Source: Lama guanicoe (lineage: Eukaryota). Taken from it: DNA of 62,000 nt. The stretch lies in assembly GCA_013239625.1 (NCBI GenBank), contig MU053559.1, positions 1,178,001 to 1,240,000 on the forward strand. The letters are read 5' to 3'. The notes beneath the pieces are model-generated. The model searched no databases. It worked only from the letters and a program-made list of their open reading frames with translations, and was not told the DNA's origin. Position numbers and translations under genes: made by a program. This document shows, one piece after another, positions 37,429 through 62,000 of the stretch; the stretch's first letter is position 1, and every line of letters starts with the position of its first letter.

Positions 37429-38828
37429 GGAAACTATCAACAAAATGAAAAGGCTTCCTACTGAATGGGAGAAGATATTTGCAAATATTATATCTGGTAA
37501 GGGGTTAATACCCCAAATATACAAAGAACCCATACAATTCAACATCAAAAAAAAAACAACCTGATTAAAAAATGGGCAGAGGACCTGAACAGACATTATT
37601 CCAAAGAAGACATAGAGGTGGCCAACAGATATACATAAAAGATGCTCACCTTCACTAATCATCATGGAATTGTAAATCAAAACCAGTGACGTACCACTGC
37701 ACACCTGTCAGAATGGCTATTATCAAAAAGACAACAAATACCAAGTGTTAAGAGAAAAGGAACCCTCTGAGCACTGTTGGTGGGAATGGAAATTGGTACA
37801 GCCGGTATGGAAAACAGTAGGAAAATTCCTCAAAAAAAGAGAACTACCGTATGATCTGCAATTCCACTCTTGGGTATTTATCCAAAGAAAATAAAAACAC
37901 TAATTCAAAAAGATACATGCACCCCAATGTTCATAGCAGCATTATTTACAATGGCCAAGATACAGAAGCAACCTAAATGCTCATCAATAGATGAATGGAT
38001 AAAAATGTACATCTAAAATAGAATATTACTCAGCCGTAAAAAATAAAATCTTGCCATTTGTGACAACATGGATGGACGTAAAGGATATTATACTAAGTGA
38101 AATAAGGCAGAGAAAGACAAATATGGTAGGATTTCATTCATATGTGGAATCTAAAAAACAAAACAAACAAACATAACAAACAGAATCATAGATACAGAGA
38201 ACAGATAGTTGCCAGAGTGGAAGGCAGTGGGGAGAGGAGAGAAATAAGTGAGGGAGACTGAGGTACAAACTTCCAGATACAAAATAAATGAGTCATGGGT
38301 ATGAAATATATAGGGTGGGGAATATAGTCAATTATGTAATATCTTTCTAGGGTGAGAGATAGTAACTTGACTTAACAGTGATCATTTTGAAATGTACAGA
38401 AATAATGGATTACTATGTTGTATACTAGGAACTAACAGTACGGGTGGTCAATTATATTTCAAGAATATACAAGCAGACAAACAGGTCAGATTTGTGGTTC
38501 CCAGGGGAAAGCAGTGTGGGGGGAGTAATTGAATGAAGAGAGTCAAAAGGTACAAATTTCTGGTTATAACTACAAGGGATGTAATGTACAACAGTATATA
38601 ATTAACACTGCCATATGTTATATATAAAAGTTGTTAAGAGTAAATCCTACAGAGTTCTCATGACAAGGAAAAATATTTTTTCTATTTCTTTAATTTTGTC
38701 CCTATGTGAGACGATAATCCCTCAGCTTATCGTGGTAACCATTTCATGATGCACGTAAGTCAAATCACTATGCTGTACACCTTAAACTTACACAGTGCTG
38801 TAAATTACATCTCAAAACTGGAAGAAAA
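37429..38828 (+). mobile_element. 5'-truncated L1
   Basis: 15-bp TSD AACTACACCAAGGCA at 37414-37428 and 38829-38843. Confidence 0.9.
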
Positions 38829-40205
38829 AACTACACCAAGGCATATCGTAATTAATTTTTTTCAAAACCAGTGCTAAAGAGAAAACTCTCAAAGCAGTTA
38901 GAGGGAAAAAGACTACATACAAAGGGACAAAGATAAGGATGACAGTGAATTTCTCACAGGAAACAATGCAGAGACGAAGACAGTGGAGGAACACCTTTTA
39001 AAGTACTGAAAGAAATAGAAACTATCAACGCAAAACTCTATACCCATGAAACTAAGGTGAAATAGACTTTCTCAGACATACAAAAACAGAACCCATCACC
39101 AGCAGACCTGCACTACAAGAAATGTTGAAGGATGTCTTTCAGGAAGAAGACAATTGATGTCAGATGTCAATCAGGATCTACACAAAGGAACAAAGAGCAC
39201 TGGAGGTGGTAAGTACGTGGGTAAACGTGTGATTCCTTCTCTTATTATCGAAATCTCTTTGTTTTTATTTAAAGTCAGTTACTTCAATGTATTTTGGAAT
39301 TTATAACATGTTAAAGTAAAATGCATGATGACAGTAGCATAAAGGCTGGGCAGGGAGAAATGGAAGCGCACTATTGTGAAGTCCTTACACTATATATGAA
39401 GTGGTATATATATCACTTGCGGGTAGAGTTGATAAGTTAAAGATATGTACTATAACCCCTAAAGCAATCAGTCAAAGAAACCAAGAGTTACAGTTAATAA
39501 GCCAGCAAAGGCAATACAGTAGAATCATTCAAGAAAAAAAAAAAGAAACAACCTCATTCAAAAAACAACCTCATTCAAAATAAAGTAGAAAAGGAAAAGA
39601 GGGAAGAGGATAGGTAGAAATCAAATAGCCAGGTGAGAGACTCAAACTTAACTGTATCAATCACATTAAATGATCTAAGTACCTCAATTAAAACACAGAT
39701 AATGTTAAGATTACATTATATAAAAGGATCCAATTGCATTGCTTCCTAAGTGTGTTAAATTCTTGTAACACACAAGGGGCGTGATGTCAGCAAAATGGCA
39801 GCCTAGGCAGCTCTTGTTCCCCAACAAAAACATTAAAGGGGGGGGGGGGAAAAAAGAATTGTCAGAACCAACTGGTGTCAGCGCTCTGGAAAAGTCACAG
39901 ATTTATAGCAATATAGCAAGTGTCCAGTTAAGAAAAAGCCATCTTCAGAGTCGTAGGAAAGCTTTGTGGCATTCTTACTCGCCCTTACCCCACCCTTCCC
40001 CTGGCGCCGATGGCAGCTGTGGTCTTGAAGCTGTAGCCCAGTCCCCAGTTTCCTCCCTTGAACTGGAGGGGACAGAGCAGCCTTTATTTGCAAGTGATGG
40101 TGTATGTACTCTATCCATCCACCTTGTCCCATGTTCCTTTCTTCTTGCCTTCTGGAATTCATCATTCTATTGCCCTCCCTCTTCTTTGAAATTTATACTT
40201 TTTCA

Positions 40206-40297
40206 GGGGGTGGGGTGGGTGTAGCTCAGTGGTAGAGCATATCCTTAGCATGCACAGGGTCCTGAGTTCAATCTCCAGCACCTCCATTTAAAAAAAT
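40206..40297 (+). mobile_element. tRNA-Ala-derived SINE
   Basis: GTAGCTCAGTGGTAGAGC...GAGTTCAATC. Confidence 0.8.
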
Positions 40298-41819
40298 TTA
40301 TAGTCTTTCTATTCTCTGGTCTGATAGCTTTTAATTTATCAAAATATAGTATTAGGCTAACTTAGAATCTTCTAGATGAATTCCTTTGGACATTTTAATC
40401 TATATCACAAATTCCCTCTTCAGCTATGTCTGACGTGGTATTAAACTCATCCCTTGACTTCTTAAATTCAGAGCAAGCGTAACTGTCTTACATGGACATC
40501 TGAGAACTGTGATATGAGGCATCTCTGTGTAATGGTGTCTCTTTGTTTATTTCTCCTGATTCTTGGGCATGGTGTCCTTTCAAGATGTCTTTGGTCAAAT
40601 CAGATAAGTTATTTTGAGTGAATTCATTTTAGGGTTTTTGTCCAGGACTGATTACCCATAGCTAATGAGGTCTTCCTGTGCTTAAAACTCATTTTGAACC
40701 AGCTCTTTAATGCGTGCTTCTTAATCTGCAAAATGGGGGTAACAGTGCTTAAACCATATGGGCTTCTTGAGGATTAAATGACAGCTTTCGAGTTCCTGGA
40801 TCCAGTCCTGCCATTAATTAGTATTTCTGTTATTTTTGCTTAAGTCAGTTTGAGCTGAGTTCCTCACAGCAGCTACCTTGATTCTTGCGTGTGTCCACGG
40901 CACGACAGGGAGGTTTGTGGGTGACAAGGCTGGACTGAGTGACCCTCAGAGTGGGTCCTGCCGGGTCCGGTGCAAGAGCAGGGGGCTGGGAGGGGAAAAC
41001 GAGGAGGCCCTTCCTGTGGGCATGGTCTCTCAGCTGCCCTGATCAGGATTCCCTTCCTCAGTGGCAAGAGCTGGGGTGCTTGCCTGTGTCCGGATACCTC
41101 CCCTGTCCACTCCACTCCGCCTCATGGTGGTCCCCACAGAAGCCCTGTTTCTGAGGTGATGGCGCCTGTGGGAAGGGTCAGGCGGGAGCTGTTGAGCGCT
41201 TAGAGGGCAGCTTGTGCTCAGACAGGCTGTGCTGCACTCACACTGTGGGAGGTGCTCCCACCTCACTCCTCAGGGGGCTGAGGCTGGAGGGGCCCTGCCA
41301 GGTGGGGAAGCTGCAGTCACAGTGGGATGGGGGAAGGGGTGGGACAGATACAGGATGCCCACAGGGACCCTCCTCCAGACACTACTGGGGGCCTATGAAG
41401 TGATCTGGTTACTGTCTTTATGTCCAGAAACCACACATTTGCCCGCATGGATGCCTGTGTGTTCCCGGTGCACCTTTCCCGCATCAGCTGTAGCCCAGAT
41501 CATGTCCATAAAGATTTCCATCTTGGGTCCAAGGTCAAACAGCCCCTCCAGGGACTACCTGTAGTGTAACTGATAACCGTGTACTGACCTCCGGGCATAA
41601 CTTGAGCAATTACTTGACCTCTGTATCTGTTTCCCCATCTGAGATTGGCAGTGACAGCTCCCGCAGGAGACTGCCGTGAGGATTCTGAGTCAGTGTCAGT
41701 AAAAACGCTTTGGAAAACGTCGGGCGTGCAGATGGTGCTTCAAAAGCACTTGGACTGGTACCTGGCACACCAACGGCGCTCAATAAGCACTCAGAGCAGC
41801 ACCCCTCCCACACCTGGCA

Positions 41820-41825
41820 TTTAAT
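41820..41825 (-). terminator. Candidate USP11 poly(A) signal ATTAAA (a TATAAA variant near 41905-41910 is an alternative)
   Basis: Hexamer ~450 nt downstream of the stop codon; no AATAAA seen in between. Confidence 0.45.
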
Positions 41826-42273
41826 AAGCACACAGGCATAAAATGGGGGCTTAGGAAGTATGTGGGGGAAAAAAACCCACACTGCCAAGGAACACACTGG
41901 CACTTTTATATATACACAGCGCAAGGTACAGGGTCTCAATAAGAAAATACACTCTGTGTTGAGGTGCAGCCCACCACCCCCCCCTCAGAACACCCCAGGT
42001 TGAGGACAAGAGGGAAGGGGACAACCATAAATAGAGAATAGAAGGGAAGGGAATGCTCTAAGGGGCAAACACAGGCGGGGGACACAGTGCTGGGAGGAGA
42101 CACGACCTCTTCTTCCCCAGGAGAGAGCAACATAGCAGCACAGGAGAACAGTAGCCACGACTAAGCCTGTGACGCCCGGAATGGGGCACCTAACACGGGT
42201 AAGAGGACAGGGGTGGGTTCGGGAAGGAAGAGAGCAGAGATGGCTTCCTTCCCTGTGGCAGGGCCCAGGCCCC

Positions 42274-56700
<14,427 letters not shown>

Positions 56701-57488
56701 ACAAAGGTGCTTGGTGGGATTCTAACGCCATGTTGTTAGGGCAAACGGTTGTGTGGCAGGTGGAGGTAGAGTTCCCCGAGGTGGACGAGGACGTATTGGG
56801 GAGTGCTCGGGGGGCACACAGAAGTTCCAGGTCTTCTAGGTCCCATCCTCTGCTGGGAACTGCGGGCCCCCATCCTGGTAGCGGCATTTTTGTTAGCCTG
56901 ACCAGAATACCCTTCCTTCATTCCACTACCCTTGTCCTCCATCAAAACCTAATGTAAAAGAGGTCACCACTTTATGAGCGCCACCCAGGCCTGCGGGCCC
57001 TTCCCCTGCCTGAACTGGATTTATTCTCCCGGCCAGCCCAGTGTGTTGAAGGCAAGTCAGCCCCAGGCCCTGTGGATTTGTTGGAGTTACAGCAATGATA
57101 ATAATAGTTAGCTCTGTTGGTTTATTGCATGTAAATCGTAGCCTTGGGCAGCAGATTGCCTATGGGCAACAATGGGGCTAGCTGAGGACCAGAAACTTTA
57201 ATTCACTTTGCTCCATCTAGTTAAGTGGTGGAGTTATGGTTCGAACTTAGGAATTCCAGTTCCAGGGCTTGTGACCTTAAAACACTAGGCTAGAGAGTCT
57301 CAAACTGTGGTCCTAGGCTACCAGTTCATGAGACCCTTTCAGGGGGTTCACAAATTCATAACTATTCACAGTAGTTTTTCATGGTCATTCTCTCTTGCAC
57401 ATATGGTGGAAGTTCCAGAGGCTGCATGACATAAGCAGCAGCTCTTGGGATGTTCTGAGGCCAAAGTTTGAGAACTAGTCCACTAGGC

Positions 57489-57680
57489 CAGGATTTTTCA
57501 ACCTAGGCACTATTGACATTTCTCTGCTGTAGGAAGCACTGCAGGATGTTTAGCTTTATCCCCAGGCTCTACCCACTACATACCAGCAGCATCCCCCAGT
57601 TGGGACAACCAAAAGTGTCTCCAGACACTGTCAAATGCCCTCTGGGGGTGGGGAAGAGCATCTCCCGCTGACAACCAGTG
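57489..57680 (+). mobile_element. MER20-like hAT-Charlie MITE
   Basis: GGCACTATTGACATTT...TGTCTCCAGACA..TCAAATG; degenerate TIRs; 8-bp near-TSD CACTAGGC/CAGTAGGC. Confidence 0.8.
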
Positions 57681-59374
57681 CAGTAGGCTATGCTATCCAT
57701 TTCTTTGCTAGGGCTCCCAGCCCCTACGTGTTGGTGATAACTAATATTTCCCTTTTTGGCTCCCAGCATCCACCTGCCTATTGGCTTTCCCCACCTGACC
57801 ATCTCACAGACTCCCCAAGAGAGGCTCATGATTCTAGGTCTGTTCCAGTGACTTCTCTCACTATCACCACCTATTCCCACAGGCAAAAACACCTTGCCTT
57901 GTCACACCTCTAGGCCCATGCATACACAGGTCCCTGGGCCTGGGGTGTCGAGAATACCCTTTCCCTGAACAATTTCAAATCTCACCACCACCTGTACACT
58001 CTGAGGGAGGACAGGAGCAGCCCTCTCACCTGGGGATCCCCAAAGTAACATTCAAGTTGGGTCTGGCACATGGCAGACAGCTGCTCTACAAGCCCAATTG
58101 AAGCGTGTCACATTCTCTGGATTGACTCTCTCTCATTGCCCCTCTGCAGACTCTCCTCCCCACTTAGTTGGTGGTCTGTCCTTCCTACAATCCAACAAGA
58201 CGTCCTCCTCCTTAGGCCTAGACTCAGTTTCTCCACCTTCCAGAGGCCAGCCTCTGCCCACACCAATGACCCTACCACTTCCCAGAGCAGCTGGGTGAAT
58301 TCGAGTCCTTCTGAGTCTGGCCTGGCAATCTTGTCCCCTTTCACAAGGTCTTCATTTCCCCTGCCTCCCTTCCTGCCAGAGGCGGCCATATCATCTGCTT
58401 CTAGCCAAAGGATGGCACAAGAAGTTTGCTGAGGAGCTTATGGAAGTTTCAGCCTGTTACAAGGCAAGAGTCAGGTAGGGAGGATGTTTTTCCCGCTTGC
58501 TTTCCCATCTTTGGGGACGTGGCAGCCACCATGGAACCATGAAGCTGTAAGCTATCACCAAAGTGCTGAGAGGAACACAGCACAGGCCTATGGGCCACTG
58601 CCGCCACTGGACTTCAGTAACCAGCCACTTAGGTTTCCTATTACCTGTAGCATTTGCCTGGCCCTGCCCGCCTCACTTCTGCCCGTAAGTCTATCCTAGG
58701 CTTTACCCAAGATGGTGGACTGGGGCTAGAACTCCCAGGACAAAGGAAATCAAATTCTCGACTTGAGGCCAAGTCCCAGGCTGTCTTTTGACCTCTGGCC
58801 TCTCACAAACCATTGCATCCTCCCCAGGGTCATCTCACACATGCCCACTATTTCCATTACTTCCTAGACACCAATAATCCAAACTTCCACTTCCATCAGG
58901 AAAGGACCTCATTCCTGAATTTGATCCATGAACTAAAGGATTCCCCTATCTACTCAGTGGTTCAAAATCTACCCTCCTCTCATATTCCCTCTCCAACTGG
59001 CCTGCCTCAAGGTCCCAGGTAGATAAGTCACGGTCATACTGGTTTCATTGGGCCTTCCAAGTGTCCTTCAAACGAACAGCCTGTCTGCACTCACCAGTCT
59101 CTACCCTGTCTGGCTTCCTGATATTCTTGGGTAAACCTGACTCCTCTCCCTGCTAGATTCTTAGCCCGTCCTCTGCACAGTCTGCCCTAGCCGCTTCAAC
59201 TTGATGTTCCATGGTTGTGTGTGTAACCACTCAGATGTCTTTTTCATAGTCCTGACGTGTCCCTGGCCCACTCCCAGTGCTCTCCTAGATCGGGACCAGG
59301 TATGAATTCTCCAAGGTCACAGGACTCACTCTAGGTTGAGCCTACTCCCACCCCCACAGGGATTTGCAATCAGG

Positions 59375-60608
59375 TTTTTCACTTTAGACTTTTTAATATT
59401 TCATACAGCGATTATGGTGCATTCAGGAACCCAACCCCCCAAACCCCCCTAGGAGGGCCCTGCCCCTGCCCTCTCACCCCATTTGAGGGCCCCAGGGTTT
59501 AGAGTGGAAGAAGGGGAGGTAACCACCCATCTGAGGACTAACCCCAGAAACTGTCCCTGCCCTGCCTCACCTTCCCTGGGGGTTAGGGGGTAACGCCTGG
59601 GCACAACCCCCCATGTGCCCCTCTGTCCCTGCTTGTGCGCATACACACACTATGGCTCCTTGCTGTGTCGGTCATTTCCTGGCAGGGCCCCTACTCAGCA
59701 GCACCGAGTGGGATGGGGGCAGGAGGGCTGGGCTAGGGAGACCCTGAGAAGGAGGCCCCAGCTATGGGACTCCAGGAGGGAAAGAGTGGGGGCCCCCCAC
59801 CTCATCCATCTCCCAGAGAGTCTCCAGTAGTCCCCAAGTCCCCCTGCAGCTGGGGATGGCAGGTGGGGGTCAGAAGGCGAGTGGTCAAGGCATGCTTTCC
59901 CTTAGCTGACCCCAGGGTCTGGTGATGGTCAGGGTTCTGAATAGGGGCTGTGTCCCTGCCATAGAAAGGCTGGGAGCGGGGCTTCATTGCACAAAATACT
60001 GTGGGAGGGCCACACGAAGTGGGTGGGGCCCAGCCAGTCTGTATACAGAGATATTGCATTTAAAAAATGAAAACCTCATTTAAAATTAATTAAAAAAAAA
60101 CAACAATGAATGAAACAAACAAAAAAAAGGCCCACACAACATGAGGCAGGTGGGACAGGGCAGGAAAACAGGCAGGGGAGCCTCAGACCCATGGCATCAC
60201 CATGTCTCGTCTGAGTCTGAGATCCCCAGCTTGGGCTAGCTCCGGACCCCTGGCTGGCCGTGGTGTAGTGGTCCTGGGGGAGGGTATGATGGGGAGGGGT
60301 ATAGGCCTGGCCTCAGCGTGGGAGGCTGGCACGGCCATGCTGTCCGCCGGCAACTACCGAGACAGAGACACAGAGATAGAGAGACAGACAGACAGACAGA
60401 CCAGGCGAGGGAGCGATGAGAGCTTTGTTAGCACCCAGCAGACAGGCCAATGGGTGGGTATTTGGACAGGCAGCAGGGAACATGTGGGCAGGCGAGCATG
60501 AGTCAGGCAGGTAGGCAGGCAGCAAGCAGGGAGGATGCAGTTGGGGGCTGCCCTGTGAGGGGTGTGGCATCCCTCCAGCTGCTGCCTGCTGGGGCCTCAG
60601 TCTGTGGA
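59375..60608 (-). other. CDK16: CDK16 3'UTR with ATTAAA poly(A) signal at 59392-59397
   Basis: Follows the stop codon; ATTAAA hexamer near the distal end; exact cleavage site approximate. Confidence 0.7.
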
Positions 60609-60646
60609 TTAGAACTCGGTGTCCACCACTCGGAAAGCTGGCCTGC
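60609..60646 (-). CDS. CDK16: CDK16 last coding exon
   Basis: [19 protein letters not shown]. Confidence 0.95.
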
Positions 60647-60737
60647 CTGCGGGCGAAAGCAGAGCGGATGGCTGTTGGTGGGCAAGCAGGTAGGTGAACA
60701 GGACAGGGGAGAGGGCAAGGACCACACCTATACCCAC

Positions 60738-60815
60738 CCGAGTCAGGCATTGACGAAGACCGAAGGCTGGCCTCCTTTTGTAGCTGGATCTCCTTTAGTG
60801 CAAATATGGAAGTAG
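60738..60815 (-). CDS. CDK16: CDK16 penultimate coding exon
   Basis: [39 protein letters not shown]. Confidence 0.95.
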
Positions 60816-61869
60816 CTGTGGGTGGGGGAGGAGAGAGAGAAGCGGGGCATGACCCATCAGGTCATCCAGGACCACCTCCCATGTGACCCCATCGGGGAAA
60901 TGAGAAAAAAATGCCTTTTCTTTGAGAGCCCTGACTTTTACCCATCAAATAATCCCCCACACAAACCAGCTTCAAGCAGGGGAAATGGAATATGGACTAT
61001 TACACGACACCAAGAAATCATTCATTTTGTCAAGGATGATAGTGGCATTGCAATTACCCCATGTTAAGTCTAGATGATGGATGGTATTTGGGATTTGACT
61101 GAGACTAATCCAATGGACCAGTATTCTTTAGCGTGATAATGGTATTATTGTTACGTTTTTAAAATATTTTAGAGATACATACTGAAATTATTTATAGATG
61201 AATGATGTATCTGGGGCTTGATTCAAAATAAACAGAGGTAATACAGATAAAACCAGATTGGCCATGAGTTGACTTGTTGGAGTACTTGGGGACTTAGCAT
61301 ATTATATGGTCTAATGTTTAAATATATCTAATTTTAAAATGTCCATATTAAAACATTTTTAAAAGTCAGATACAAAAAACACCGCATGTGACTCCAATTC
61401 TGGAGGGTACAAAGACGGGGTAAACTTATCTATGATGTTAGAAGTCAAACTAGTGGTAACCCTTGGAGGGGATGCCAGGAGTAACTGAAGGAGGCAGGAG
61501 GGCACTTTGGGGGAGCTTTTCATGTCCCATTTCTTGGCCTGTATCCGGTTACATGGGTGTTTAGTTTGTGAAAATTCATTGCGCTGTATACTTACGATCT
61601 GTGCATTTCTCAGAATCTATTTTACCATGTTTACTTTTTTAAAAAGGTAAAGTGATGTTGCACCGGTTTTTAAAGTATGTTTGAAAATTTCCATGAAAGG
61701 TGAGAGGAATTGAAAGCTAAGAAACTTTTTTTTGTAATCACCAACACATCACACACGTGAACAAGGGCACACCCGCACCGCCCACCCCGAGACGACCTGC
61801 CCAGCTGTCTGCGGCAGTCCTGTTCCCTAGGGCCCCCCACTGGCTGGCCCATTCCCCAGTTCTACTCAC

Positions 61870-61960
61870 TGTCAGGAAGTTTGTGGATCCGCTCCCCCAG
61901 ACTGAGGAAGAATGGATGTTTCATGGCGTCGTCTGCGGAGATCCGATTGCGACCTTCAAA
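61870..61960 (-). CDS. CDK16: Cyclin-dependent kinase 16 (PCTAIRE-1), third-last coding exon; gene continues beyond the window
   Basis: [42 protein letters not shown]. Confidence 0.95.
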
Positions 61961-62000
61961 CTGAGCGTGTGTCGGGGTGGGGGAGTATTGACACTTTCAA

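Larger units (their letters stand above)
29640..39760 (+). mobile_element. Old L1 5'/ORF1 region, host of the ERV (30724-37015) and of a younger L1 (37429-38828)
   Basis: L1 sequence reads continuously across the CCAT TSD; ORF1-like KEILAKNLPNLM..QIQEAQRTP. Confidence 0.75.

Overview
Mammalian genomic DNA, most likely a camelid X chromosome (Xp11.3-syntenic CDK16-USP11 region). The camelid call rests on abundant tRNA-Ala-derived vic-1-type SINEs. The right third holds the last three coding exons and 3'UTR of CDK16 and the complete 21-exon USP11 gene, both on the minus strand. All USP11 junctions were traced by hand as GT-AG, giving about 912 aa. The left ~41 kb is TE-dense: nested L1s, a split class III (ERVL-like) provirus with an env remnant, a two-LTR class I ERV with an Arg PBS, solo LTRs and SINEs. 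It also has a NACA processed pseudogene and a chimeric SNORA70-intron-RPL10 retrocopy. Hidden in the unique DNA between these TEs (~16.4-28.8 kb, minus strand) is a chain of splice-site-bounded, decayed exons. Their translations read in order like a tandem cyclic-nucleotide-binding-domain (CNBD1/CNBD2-like) protein, making this a candidate unannotated unitary pseudogene. Comparisons to reference sequences are from memory and need database confirmation.
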